This document shows positions 28,684 to 38,979 of a DNA stretch of 59,163 bases, piece by piece (the stretch's first letter is position 1; each line of letters starts with the position of its first letter). Source of the DNA: Bacteroidota bacterium (GTDB taxonomy: Bacteria > Bacteroidota > Ignavibacteria > Kapaibacteriales > UBA2268); assembly GCA_021824625.1 (NCBI GenBank), contig JAKAKE010000008.1, forward strand, positions 1-59,163. Reading direction: 5' to 3'. The translations under genes were made by a program, and so were the position numbers. The notes under the pieces were generated by a model, which had not been told where the DNA came from, ran no database searches, and saw nothing but the letters and a program-made list of their open reading frames with translations.

Positions 28684-28730
28684 AGATAAATTAAATACTA
28701 AATTATCAATTATTCATTTTGCATTTTACA

Positions 28731-31700
28731 TTATTCATTTACTAAAACCGCTTTTTTCTTTCTCCTGGATGCAAAATAATACAAAGCAGGTATAACATAC
28801 AAAGTTAAAACCGTTGAAACCATTAATCCCCCGATACTAACAATTCCCAATGGTGTCCTCATCTCTTTTCCTGCATCACCGATTCCGAGTGCCATAGGAA
28901 GCATTCCCATAATTAATGCAAGGGTGGACATTATTTGCGGCTTCATTTTTATTGGTGCTCCTTCAATTAGTGCATCCTTTACACTTAATCCTTCTTCCTT
29001 CTTCAATTGATTGACATGGTCGAGCATTAATATAGCATTATTCACAACTATCCCTATTAGCATAATGATACCCATCAATGAAGTAATACCCAATGAAGTA
29101 TCTGTATAATATGATGCAACCACAACTCCAATCAATGCAAGTGGTAATGTCATCATTATATACAAAGGCTGTATAAAGCTCTCGAGCATTGCCGCCATAA
29201 GCATATATGTAAGAATTGATGCAAGAATGAATGCAAAAAACATATCGGCAAACATCTCATTCATCATTTTTGTACTTCCGCCCCACTTGAAACTATAACC
29301 GGTCGGTAACTTTATTTCCTGAATTCTCTTATCAACTTCATTAGTTACCGTTCCTAACGGGTAACCTGCGGCATTAGTACCTGAAAATTGTATAGCAGTG
29401 TATTTATCTCTTCTCAGAATCCTAGTATAACCCGTTGTAAATTTCACTTCGGCAAGCTGAGAAAGCCTATACGTACCATAAGGTGATACTATAGGTATAT
29501 TTCCTATTTTCTCGGGTGAATCAACAGAATTATCTGACAATGTAACAGTTATATCATATTCATTACCTGATTCCCTGTATTTGGACGATTCTAATCCTTC
29601 GATGGAAGAACGAAGTGTCAATGCAACATCCATGATTGTTAATCCGGCTTCAGATAACTTCACTCTGTCCGGGTAAACGGTTATTTCCGGTTTACCTGCT
29701 CTTGAGCTATGGTCGAGGTTTATTAAACCGGGAGTATCTTTTATTTTATTTATAACAATATCTTTTAGTTCATCAAGCTTCGATAATTCCTGTCCTAAAA
29801 GATAAAATGTTATCGGTGCAGTGCCATCACCCATTCCGGCACCAAGGTCAACTTTGATTTTTGCATTTGGTATATCTGCGAGTTCAGAAACAAATACAGT
29901 AATCATGTCCTGAATTTTAATATTTCTTTTTTTGACATCAACAAGCCTGACGTCCATTTTTGCCATATTTGTTCCAATATCAAGATTGCTCTTTTGTCCG
30001 AGATTTGTCAATATGTATTTAACTTCCTTATGTCTTTTTACTCTTGTTTCAATTTCATTCAGGACTTTAGCAGTTGCTTCTAAGTTGTATCCATCCGGAA
30101 GTTCTACTTCTATTTTGATATTACCGTCATCTAATACAGGAAGAAATTCTCCACCAAGCTTTGGTCCATAATAACCCATCGAAGCTATAAAAATAATCAT
30201 AGTTATAAGCAATGTGCCAAAACTAACCCATTTGTTTTTTAAAATTAACCTAAGTGAATTTCTATATAAATCAATTAATTTTCCTTCCATTTTCTCAAAC
30301 CAAGCCGTTACTTTACCACGTTTGATTGTTTTTGGTAAAACCATCGAAGCAAGCATTGGAGTAAGAGTGAAAGAAAACAAAAGCGAAAATAAAGTAGCGA
30401 ATGATGCTGCTAAAGCAAGTTCTCTCATCCATCTTCCAACAAGTGAACTCATATTTGCAATTGGTAAAAAGATAACGAGGTTTGTCAGGGTAGAAGCTAA
30501 AACAGCAATCATCACTTCCTGAGTCCCTTTCATAGCAGCCTGCTTATTTGATTCCCCCATAGACTTATATCGGAAAATATTCTCAATCACAACGATTGAG
30601 TTAGCCACAAGAACACCTACAGTAACCGACAAGCCCATCAATGTCATCATATTAAGTGTAAGTCCAAATGCCTTTAAAAGAAAGAAGGTTGAAATAATGG
30701 ATGCCGGCATAGATAACGCAACTATAATAGTTGAACGTATATTGTAAAGGAAGAAAAACAATACGAGAGATGTTATTAATACACCCTGTATAACATTTCC
30801 CATTGTGTCATCAACACTGCTTTTGACAAATATAGACTCATCATTTACTATTTCAAGTTTACAACCCTGTGGTAATGACTTTTCAATATCGGGAATGGCT
30901 GCTTGAATTGCTTCTGCTACTTTTACAACGTTGCCATCAGGACTTTTTATTATACCAAGCCTGACGACATTTTCATTCCGGTATTTTTCTATATTATTAT
31001 AATAAATTGAACGCTGTCTGACATCTTTACCTGAATCCTGAACATCGGCAATTTGTCCGAGTTTTCTGGGTCCGAATGCTGTTGGTATTTGAAGGTTTTT
31101 CATCTCTTCGATATTTGAGAATTCACCTTTGAGTCTGACAGTGTATTCCTGGTCTTTGACTTTGAAATATCCTCCGGGGATATCCATATTATTTGCTTTT
31201 AGGATTTGTAGAAGTTGCGGGAGAGAAATTGAGTTTTCAAATGCCACCCTGTTATCGAGAACAACACGCACTTCGCGTTCCCTTCCTCCTGACATATCTA
31301 CTTTTGCAACTCCTGAGATTTGTGAAAACCTGTCCCTTAAATTTTTATCTGCTATTTCATATAATTCTCTTGAATCGAGATTACCGCTAAGTACAACATC
31401 AACTACCGGGAAGGCATTAAAGTCAACCTTTTGAATAATCGGTTTCTTAGAATCCGTTGGTAAATCATTGACGATAGCATCAACCTTATCCTTCACTTCC
31501 TGGCTTGCAATATTAATATCTTTACTCAATTGAAATTCTATCATAACGATTGACAATCCGTCAAGCGAGTATGATTCTACTCTTTCAATTTGGCTAACTG
31601 TGGTAACGGCATCTTCGATTTTTTTACTTACCAGTGTCTCAACTTCTTTTGGGCCTGCACCGGGATAAGGAGTAACAATTGTAATAAACGGAATCTCTAC

Positions 31701-31817
31701 ATCAGGATTCAAATTCAGGTTTATATTGAACCATGCAATGGTTCCGAAAATAATAAAAACTAATATGATAACGGTCGTAAGTACAGGACGATTAATTGAT
31801 ATTTTAGCTAATTGCAT
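28731..31817 (-). CDS. RND efflux permease (AcrB/AcrD/AcrF family)
   Basis: 1028 aa with INRPV, YPGAGPKEVE, SIVVIENI and GIVVNNAILMLD motifs. Confidence 0.95.
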   Translation of the reverse strand: MQLAKISINRPVLTTVIILVFIIFGTIAWFNINLNLNPDVEIPFITIVTPYPGAGPKEVETLVSKKIEDAVTTVSQIERVESYSLDGLSIVMIEFQLSKDINIASQEVKDKVDAIVNDLPTDSKKPIIQKVDFNAFPVVDVVLSGNLDSRELYEIADKNLRDRFSQISGVAKVDMSGGREREVRVVLDNRVAFENSISLPQLLQILKANNMDIPGGYFKVKDQEYTVRLKGEFSNIEEMKNLQIPTAFGPRKLGQIADVQDSGKDVRQRSIYYNNIEKYRNENVVRLGIIKSPDGNVVKVAEAIQAAIPDIEKSLPQGCKLEIVNDESIFVKSSVDDTMGNVIQGVLITSLVLFFFLYNIRSTIIVALSMPASIISTFFLLKAFGLTLNMMTLMGLSVTVGVLVANSIVVIENIFRYKSMGESNKQAAMKGTQEVMIAVLASTLTNLVIFLPIANMSSLVGRWMRELALAASFATLFSLLFSFTLTPMLASMVLPKTIKRGKVTAWFEKMEGKLIDLYRNSLRLILKNKWVSFGTLLITMIIFIASMGYYGPKLGGEFLPVLDDGNIKIEVELPDGYNLEATAKVLNEIETRVKRHKEVKYILTNLGQKSNLDIGTNMAKMDVRLVDVKKRNIKIQDMITVFVSELADIPNAKIKVDLGAGMGDGTAPITFYLLGQELSKLDELKDIVINKIKDTPGLINLDHSSRAGKPEITVYPDRVKLSEAGLTIMDVALTLRSSIEGLESSKYRESGNEYDITVTLSDNSVDSPEKIGNIPIVSPYGTYRLSQLAEVKFTTGYTRILRRDKYTAIQFSGTNAAGYPLGTVTNEVDKRIQEIKLPTGYSFKWGGSTKMMNEMFADMFFAFILASILTYMLMAAMLESFIQPLYIMMTLPLALIGVVVASYYTDTSLGITSLMGIIMLIGIVVNNAILMLDHVNQLKKEEGLSVKDALIEGAPIKMKPQIMSTLALIMGMLPMALGIGDAGKEMRTPLGIVSIGGLMVSTVLTLYVIPALYYFASRRKKKAVLVNE

Positions 31818-31827
31818 ATTTTTCCTC

Positions 31828-32880
31828 TTATTGAATCACTTTAATTTTTTTGCCTGATGCTAATAAGGATAATCCTTCAGATATTAGCCTGTCTCCTGCA
31901 TTTAATCCGTTTAATACCTCAACAGATATACTGCTTTCATTACCCGTTTGTATAAATCTTTGTTCGGCTTTTCCGCCGTTTTCAACGAATACATAATTTT
32001 TATTACCTTCGGATTTAATTAGGTTTCTGGGAACAACGATAACGTTTGGATTTGTGTATGTTATGATTTTTACATCTGTTGTAACACCCGATTTAAGTTC
32101 TCTTTTCGGATTAGGGAACTGGATTTCAACACCAAAAGCTCTTTTCATATCATCCATTGCAAGAGAGATTTCAGATACTTTTCCTTTGTATTCTTTACCA
32201 CCAAATTCAATTGTTGCCGACATTCCATTTTTCAATTGATTGACTTCAGATTCAGAGACCCAAATTTTTGCCTTCATCGTTTGAAGCTTTGCTACGGTGA
32301 AAAGTTTTACATCCCTGAATACATCATCTCCGGGTTTTACAAACATCTCAACAATTGTACCGCTTATGGGTGACTCTACAAACAGCATTTGTTTAAGCGA
32401 TTCATAATTCCTTTTTGAAACCAGGTATTGTGTCTCCGCATTATCAAAGTTCTGTTGTGCTGTCTCACCAGCTTTTAATAACTCACTCATTCTCTTATAC
32501 AATTTTTCAGCATTTTCTAATCCTATTTTTGCCTGGGAGAATTGGAGTTCAGGATTGTCTGTCGGAAAAGTCATAACCACTTTACCTTCTCCTACGCTTT
32601 GTCCCACTTTTGCTCTTACACTTACAATCCTGTCTGCTACAGTTGAAAACTTAGTGCTTTCTTCAATACCGGAAAGCTTTGAAAAGAAGCTAAGTTTTTT
32701 ATCAAATCTTGTTGGTTGAACAACCTCGATTTTTACAGGAACACCCTGTTCCTCTCTTATTTTCTCCATACTCTTAGCTTCCTTTTTTTCTTCTTTTGCA
32801 CAGCCAAAAAGCAGAAGTATAGAAGATGCCGTTACAATAATTAGCAGTAAACTCAATATTCTTTTTTTCCTCGATAACAT
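31828..32880 (-). CDS. RND periplasmic adaptor (membrane fusion lipoprotein)
   Basis: LFGC lipobox, lipoyl-like VESPISGTI and GLNAGDRLI motifs. Confidence 0.92.
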   Translation of the reverse strand: MLSRKKRILSLLLIIVTASSILLLFGCAKEEKKEAKSMEKIREEQGVPVKIEVVQPTRFDKKLSFFSKLSGIEESTKFSTVADRIVSVRAKVGQSVGEGKVVMTFPTDNPELQFSQAKIGLENAEKLYKRMSELLKAGETAQQNFDNAETQYLVSKRNYESLKQMLFVESPISGTIVEMFVKPGDDVFRDVKLFTVAKLQTMKAKIWVSESEVNQLKNGMSATIEFGGKEYKGKVSEISLAMDDMKRAFGVEIQFPNPKRELKSGVTTDVKIITYTNPNVIVVPRNLIKSEGNKNYVFVENGGKAEQRFIQTGNESSISVEVLNGLNAGDRLISEGLSLLASGKKIKVIQ

Positions 32881-32929
32881 TTTATTTGTACTCCTTTATA
32901 ATTATTATTATTATTTTCATTTTCAATTT

Positions 32930-34360
32930 TTAATTTTCAATGTAAGGTTTAACAAATCTCTCTTCTAATTTTCCGAGAAGCTGGTCTAACTCAAATTTTG
33001 CGAGCATAAAATCATATTCGGATTGTAATTTATTTATTCTTGCCTGTCGCAAAGCCATATCAGCATTTTGAATTTCTAATTGGTTTCCGGTACCTTCTTT
33101 GTACCTTACCTGTGAAATCTCATTTGCTCTTTCAGCAAGTTTTACATTTCTTTCCTGGGCTTCAATGTTACTTTGCACTCTTTCCAAGTCGAGTATTTTA
33201 GTTTTTACCTGCATTGTAACAAAATCTTTCAATTGGAAGAACTGTTCTTCAGTCTGTTGAGCAGTTATTTTAGCTTGCTGTTCCCTATGTGATGTTCTTA
33301 ATCCTTTAAATAAATTCATAGAGAAACTCAATCCAACCATTGCTGATGAATAATTCTGGAATTTGAAATCTTCTGCAGAACCTGCTCTCGTATAATTTCC
33401 GAATGCTGCGAGTGTAGGCCAGTAATCGGCTCTCTCAAGGTCAATAAATGCTTTGTCAACATCCTTTTTGAGTTCAAGAACACCTATCTCAATATTTGTA
33501 GTTAAAGCCTTATTGATTGTTTCTCCCTTTTCAGGTAATTCTTCTTTTGTATAAGATATGCTTCCATCCACTTCAATATCTTCTGATTGGTCAAGTCCAA
33601 GAAGGATTTTTAATCCTTCTTTTGCAATTTTATATGTATTCTCCATTTGCATAACAACAGGCCTGATGTTTTCTACCCTGACTTCTGCCTGCAGTGCATC
33701 AAACTCGGAAACTAATCCCTGGCTTAAATAAGCCTTTACATTTTTAAGATTTTCTTCGCCATTCTGCAAGCTTGCCTTTGTGATTTCCAATAATTCTTTT
33801 GTTAGAATTACTCCATAAAAAGATTTCTGAACATTCAGAATTGTTTTTGATGCCGAAGACCTGAATGCTTCTTTAGATAAATTGGAATATTTTTTTGATG
33901 CTCCGATACCTGTCAACACTGCCGAATTAAATAAAACCTGCGAAACATTTATCTGAGCCTGGTAATTATTAGCCAATGAGAAAGATTGAAGTGTGTAATT
34001 GACAGGCTTAAATTTACTTTCGTCTCTCGGAATAACATTTTCATCAAATAAAATCCCGTAAGTTGCATTTCCGAGCAATGCTGCAAAATCAGGAAATGGC
34101 ATTTTCTGTTTTTCGACGAAACGGCTGTAATTTGCCGAAACATCAACAACCGGGAGTGCATAGCCGAATGCTTCATCAACTGCCTCATCTGCTTTCTCTA
34201 CATTCAACAAAGCTATTTTATTTTCCTTATTGTTTTCGATTGCAATTTTTATTGCTTCATCAATCGTTATTTTTTTAGTTTGTGCATTAAGATGGAATGA
34301 TGTAATTATAAATAATAAAACAGTCATCAATCCTAATTTCTTTAATGTTCTTATTTTCAT
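32930..34360 (-). CDS. TolC-family outer-membrane efflux protein
   Basis: Signal peptide, two OEP repeats and RYKEGTGNQLE motif. Confidence 0.92.
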   Translation of the reverse strand: MKIRTLKKLGLMTVLLFIITSFHLNAQTKKITIDEAIKIAIENNKENKIALLNVEKADEAVDEAFGYALPVVDVSANYSRFVEKQKMPFPDFAALLGNATYGILFDENVIPRDESKFKPVNYTLQSFSLANNYQAQINVSQVLFNSAVLTGIGASKKYSNLSKEAFRSSASKTILNVQKSFYGVILTKELLEITKASLQNGEENLKNVKAYLSQGLVSEFDALQAEVRVENIRPVVMQMENTYKIAKEGLKILLGLDQSEDIEVDGSISYTKEELPEKGETINKALTTNIEIGVLELKKDVDKAFIDLERADYWPTLAAFGNYTRAGSAEDFKFQNYSSAMVGLSFSMNLFKGLRTSHREQQAKITAQQTEEQFFQLKDFVTMQVKTKILDLERVQSNIEAQERNVKLAERANEISQVRYKEGTGNQLEIQNADMALRQARINKLQSEYDFMLAKFELDQLLGKLEERFVKPYIEN

Positions 34361-34420
34361 AATAATTAACTCTATTATTAATTAACATTCTTATATTCAA
34401 TTCTTCATTTTCTATTTGCA

Positions 34421-35065
34421 TTATTCATTTGATTTCATACGTTTCTTTGTCTTCTCATAATCATGCCTGCCTTTATCAGTCAAAACACCGGTAAACATAA
34501 CATCATATATTATTCTTACGGCATCTCTTGCCGTCAAGGGTAGTGTAGCAAGAATATTCGGGTCGAGCATGTTTTGAAAGATAAAATCGTGCATTAAAAA
34601 AACGACATCATAATTGATATCATCTTTGAAATACCCCTGTCTTTTTCCGTATTCTGCTATTTTGGATGTATTTGCTTTCTTCAGCTCTTCATCGAAGCAA
34701 ATAATTTTTTTCCAGGCATGGGGAATATATTTTTTGACATCTCCGAAGAACTCCTTTGAGAAAGTATAAGATGAAGATAAACTTAAATCAAGCAAATTCT
34801 GAAGTTCTTCTATGAAGTTAACTTTTTCTTCATGTTCTATTCTATAAACAATTGCATCCAGCTTGCTTTTGGTTTCCTGTAATTCCAGATTTATTACTTC
34901 TTCAAAAAGTGATTCTTTTGAAGGGAAATGTTCATAAATAGTTCTCTTACTAATACCAAGCTGATTTGCAAGGTCGTCGGTTTTAACCCTGTTGAAGCCA
35001 TATTTAGCAAACAAATCCTTAGCTCCTTCGAGTATTCGTTGTTTTATTTCCTCTTTATTTGACAT
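34421..35065 (-). CDS. TetR/AcrR family regulator
   Basis: N-terminal HTH (LANQLGISKRTIYEHFPSKESL). Confidence 0.93.
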   Translation of the reverse strand: MSNKEEIKQRILEGAKDLFAKYGFNRVKTDDLANQLGISKRTIYEHFPSKESLFEEVINLELQETKSKLDAIVYRIEHEEKVNFIEELQNLLDLSLSSSYTFSKEFFGDVKKYIPHAWKKIICFDEELKKANTSKIAEYGKRQGYFKDDINYDVVFLMHDFIFQNMLDPNILATLPLTARDAVRIIYDVMFTGVLTDKGRHDYEKTKKRMKSNE

Positions 35066-35115
35066 AAACTAATGGTACTGAATAAACGAAATTAGTTTTT
35101 TATGATACAAAAATA
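35066..35115 (-). promoter_or_regulatory. Putative tetR promoter (-7 TATTTTTG) and operator inverted repeat
   Basis: TATTTTTG on the minus strand at 35108-35115; AAACTAAT-N17-ATTAGTTT at 35066-35098, between the promoter and ATG. Confidence 0.45.
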
Positions 35116-35165
35116 CAAAATAGTAAATTACTACAATATTAATTTTTAATTAAATTTTACCTTTA

Positions 35166-35203
35166 TTTTCTCCCTTTCATAAAGGGATATATAAGAGGGA
35201 TTA
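35166..35203. repeat. REP-like hairpin element, CCCCCTTT family, locus c (degenerate)
   Basis: TCCCTTT-cat-AAAGGGA followed by a ...GAGGGGATT tail. Confidence 0.65.
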
Positions 35204-35358
35204 TTAGACTCTATTTCCTTTTCACAATTCTTCATAACATATTTTCAATCATTTATTGAACAATTATCTCATCAATTTTCAACACAAAATAACTTTAATA
35301 CGAAAAAAACGTAATTTTGTTAAGGAGTTTTTTAATTTTTTAAATTTTTATATTTCAG

Positions 35359-37590
35359 ATGAGTTTATTTTCGGAAGTAGAAGTTACATTACAGACAGCC
35401 TTCGAGGTCGGATTAACAGAAGAAGAGTATAATAAAGTTATAGAATTTTTGGGAAGAATACCTACTTACACAGAATTAGGTGTTTATGGTGTAATGTGGA
35501 GTGAACATTGCTCTTATAAAAATTCAATTAAACAATTAAAAACATTACCGCGTTCAGGAGGAAGACTTCTTGTTGAAGCAGGAGCAGAGAATGCCGGATT
35601 AATAGATATTGGCGATGGGTATGCGATTTGCTTCAAGATAGAAAGCCACAATCATCCATCGGCAATTGAACCATTTCAGGGTGCTGCCACAGGAGTAGGA
35701 GGAATTCTTAGGGATATATTTTCCATGGGTGCCAGGCCTATTGCGGCATTAAACTCACTCAGGTTTGGAGAATTAAATTCAGAAAGGACAAAATATCTTA
35801 TTCGTGGTGTTGTCGGTGGAATAGGGCATTACGGAAATTCATTCGGGGTTCCTACTGTTGGCGGAGAAATTTATTTTGAGGATTGTTATTTTGATAATCC
35901 CTTGATTAATGCTATGGCTGTCGGAATAGTGAAAGTAGGAAAGACCGCATCTGCCACAGCCTCAGGAAATGGTAATCCGGTATTCATTGTCGGCAGTAGT
36001 ACAGGCAGGGATGGTATTCATGGTGCATCTCTTCTTGCTTCCCGTGAATTTGATGATGAGACCGAAAATATGAGGCCTACTGTACAGGTTGGTGACCCTT
36101 TTGCAGAAAAACTTCTGCTTGAAGCAACACTCGAACTAATTAAATCTGGTTCTGTTGTTGGTGTTCAGGATATGGGTGCTGCCGGAATTTGCTGTTCCAC
36201 ATCAGAAATGAGTGCAAGAGGTGAAGTCGGAATGTTTGTGGACTTGGATAAAGTTCCTTTACGTGAGAAAGGAATGAGTGCTTATGAAATTATGCTTTCC
36301 GAATCGCAGGAGAGGATGTTATTTATTATTGATAAAGATAAAATTGAGATTGCAAAAGATATTTGCAGGAAGTGGGATGTTCCAATTACTCAAATTGGCG
36401 TAGTAACAAATGATGGTTTGTTGAAAGTATATAGAGAAGGAAAACAGGTTTGCGAACTGAATGCTGATACTCTTGTATTAGGAGGTAAAGCACCACAATA
36501 TGACTTACCGGCAACCATGCCTTCCTATCTTGACATTGTCAATAATGTAAATGTTGATTCACTTGATTTGAAAATTTCATTAGATGAATCTTTTATTAAA
36601 ATACTATCATCAGCAACGATTGCATCCAAGAGATGGATTTTTGAACAGTACGACTCACAGGTCAGGACTAACACAGTTAATATCAAAGGTGATGCAGCAG
36701 TTCTCAGGCTCAAAGAACTACCAAATAAAGGAATTGCAGTCTGCACTGATTGTAATAGTAGATATGCTTACCTTGACCCATACAAAGGTGCAATGATTGC
36801 TGTTGCAGAGGCGGCACGAAATGTTGTTTGTGTTGGTGCCGAACCATTGGCAATAACAAACTGTCTCAACTTTGGCAATCCTTATGACAAGGAAGTTTAT
36901 TGGACGTTTAAAGAAGCAGTGAGAGGTATGGGTAACGCATGCAGGGAATTGAATACACCTGTTACGGGGGGTAATGTCAGCTTCCATAATGAATCGAGAG
37001 ACAGGGCTGTATTTCCAACACCAACCATAGGAATGTTGGGCTTAATTGAAGACATTGGCCATATCTGCAGTGCAGGATTCAAAAATGAAGGAGATTCAAT
37101 TTATTTTCTCGGAAACGACAGGCATGAGCTTGGCGGTTCGGAATATATTAAATTATTTTATGGCGAAGTTGTAGGTAAATGTCCTGACATTGACATCGAT
37201 GAAGAGAAACGGCTGCAAAAAGTATTATTGACTATTATCAGGAAAGGATTAATTAATTCAGCACATGATTGCAGTGAAGGCGGTATAGCTGTGTGTCTTG
37301 CAGAAAAGTCAATTCTTAGTAACAATAATATTGGTGCGGAAATAATACTACCCTGGGATTTATCTGCTTCTTCACTTTTCGGAGAATCTCAATCAAGGGT
37401 AATTGTGAGTTTACCACAATCAAATGAATCGAAATTTGAAGAAATTTGTAAAAAAGAAAATGTTTCATTTTTTAAAATTGGTAAAACCCAAAAAGAGAAG
37501 TTTACCATCAATAATACTATTTCTTACAATGTTGAAGAATTAAGAAACATTTATGAAAATGCAATTCCGTCAATAATGAATAAAGCTTAA
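35359..37590 (+). CDS. purL: Phosphoribosylformylglycinamidine synthase subunit PurL
   Basis: MWSEHCSYK, KIESHNHPS, GAATGVGG, QDMGAAG and LSESQERM motifs; TAATTTTG at 35312-35319. Confidence 0.98.
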   Translation: MSLFSEVEVTLQTAFEVGLTEEEYNKVIEFLGRIPTYTELGVYGVMWSEHCSYKNSIKQLKTLPRSGGRLLVEAGAENAGLIDIGDGYAICFKIESHNHPSAIEPFQGAATGVGGILRDIFSMGARPIAALNSLRFGELNSERTKYLIRGVVGGIGHYGNSFGVPTVGGEIYFEDCYFDNPLINAMAVGIVKVGKTASATASGNGNPVFIVGSSTGRDGIHGASLLASREFDDETENMRPTVQVGDPFAEKLLLEATLELIKSGSVVGVQDMGAAGICCSTSEMSARGEVGMFVDLDKVPLREKGMSAYEIMLSESQERMLFIIDKDKIEIAKDICRKWDVPITQIGVVTNDGLLKVYREGKQVCELNADTLVLGGKAPQYDLPATMPSYLDIVNNVNVDSLDLKISLDESFIKILSSATIASKRWIFEQYDSQVRTNTVNIKGDAAVLRLKELPNKGIAVCTDCNSRYAYLDPYKGAMIAVAEAARNVVCVGAEPLAITNCLNFGNPYDKEVYWTFKEAVRGMGNACRELNTPVTGGNVSFHNESRDRAVFPTPTIGMLGLIEDIGHICSAGFKNEGDSIYFLGNDRHELGGSEYIKLFYGEVVGKCPDIDIDEEKRLQKVLLTIIRKGLINSAHDCSEGGIAVCLAEKSILSNNNIGAEIILPWDLSASSLFGESQSRVIVSLPQSNESKFEEICKKENVSFFKIGKTQKEKFTINNTISYNVEELRNIYENAIPSIMNKA

Positions 37591-37627
37591 GAAAATTAAT
37601 TCGTACTACATAATTAGTAATTAAATT

Positions 37628-38191
37628 ATGATTATTCCAATATATAGTTGTTTTCATCCAATATTGAAGAAACAAACATCTCCTGTCAAAGAAATAAATG
37701 GAGATTTAAAAACGCTGGTTGAGAACATGTTTGAAACAATGTACAAAGCAGATGGCATTGGTTTGGCGGCGAATCAGGTTGGAATTGATAAATCTCTCAT
37801 CGTTATTGATATAAATGCAAGCAAGGAGAAACACAGAAATGAACCTCCTATTACAATGATAAACCCTGTAATCGAAAAATTCTCCGATGAAGAAATTGAA
37901 TATGAAGAAGGTTGTCTAAGTGTTCCGAAATTCTATGAAAAATTAATGAGGCCCGAAATTATTCAGATTCGGTATAGTGACCTCGATATGAAAGAACATG
38001 TTGTCGAAGCAACAAATCTTTTATCACGAGTAATGCAGCATGAAGTTGACCACCTTAATGGAATAATTTTTACTGAAAGATTATCCCCGTTAAACAGAAC
38101 ATTAGCAAAAAGTAAATTGAGGAAAATACAGAAGGGGCAAATAGTACCTGATTATCCTTTTGTAAATTCAGATGGGAAATTACTCAATTAA
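37628..38191 (+). CDS. def: Peptide deformylase
   Basis: GIGLAANQ, EGCLS and QHEVDHLNG motifs. Confidence 0.97.
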   Translation: MIIPIYSCFHPILKKQTSPVKEINGDLKTLVENMFETMYKADGIGLAANQVGIDKSLIVIDINASKEKHRNEPPITMINPVIEKFSDEEIEYEEGCLSVPKFYEKLMRPEIIQIRYSDLDMKEHVVEATNLLSRVMQHEVDHLNGIIFTERLSPLNRTLAKSKLRKIQKGQIVPDYPFVNSDGKLLN

Positions 38192-38290
38192 TTAAGAATT
38201 ACTAATGGTGGTTATATGATTTTATGAATTGATAAGGTCTAAAAATTCATTTGAAATTTATATTATCAATTATCAATTATTAATTATTAA

Positions 38291-38944
38291 ATGTATCCCG
38301 ATAAATTAAAAGAACTGATTCTTTCAGGGGAATCCTCTACAATAGAATTTAAAAGAAAATTCACTACACCCGAGAAAATTGCAAAAGAGATTTCAGCTTT
38401 TGCAAATACACTTGGAGGCTATCTGATTTTTGGTGTCGAGGATGACGGAAAAATCACAGGTGTAGAAAGTGAAAAGGGTGAAATTGATTTAATTGAGAGA
38501 GCTTGTGGATTTTATCTTGAACCGCAAATTGAACCCCAAATTGAAATAGTTAATTTGAACAACAAAGATGTTGTTGTTATTTACATCAAAGAGAGCAAAA
38601 CAAAACCTCATAAAGTTTTATTTAATCCAGATGAAAAAAAATCTGAAAGAGTCGCATACATAAGAGTTGGCGAGCAGTCTGTCATAGCAAGCCCTGAGAT
38701 GGCAAGAGTATTATCATCACAAAATGCTGACTCAACTCCTGTCAGATTAATTGTCGGAGATAAAGAAAAAAGATTATTCTCTTATTTCGAAAGACATCAA
38801 CGATGTACAGTAATGGATTTTGCTAACCTTGTTAATATATCGAGAAGAAGAGCAGAACGTCTAATGGTTCGTCTTGTCAGAGCAGGTGTATTACAAATTC
38901 ACCAGGATTCAAATTCAGATTATTTTACACTAATTGGGAAATAA
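38291..38944 (+). CDS. AlbA_2/Schlafen-like domain protein with a C-terminal winged HTH
   Basis: GESSTIEFK and ISAFANTLGGYLIFGVEDDG motifs. Confidence 0.85.
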   Translation: MYPDKLKELILSGESSTIEFKRKFTTPEKIAKEISAFANTLGGYLIFGVEDDGKITGVESEKGEIDLIERACGFYLEPQIEPQIEIVNLNNKDVVVIYIKESKTKPHKVLFNPDEKKSERVAYIRVGEQSVIASPEMARVLSSQNADSTPVRLIVGDKEKRLFSYFERHQRCTVMDFANLVNISRRRAERLMVRLVRAGVLQIHQDSNSDYFTLIGK

Positions 38945-38978
38945 TCCCCATTAATCCCCATCTAATAATGGGGGAAAA
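38943..38978. repeat. REP-like hairpin element, CCCCCTTT family, locus d; possible terminator between convergent genes
   Basis: AATCCCCATTAATCCCCATCTAATAATGGGGGAAAA fills the convergent intergenic gap. Confidence 0.65.
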
Positions 38979-38979
38979 A

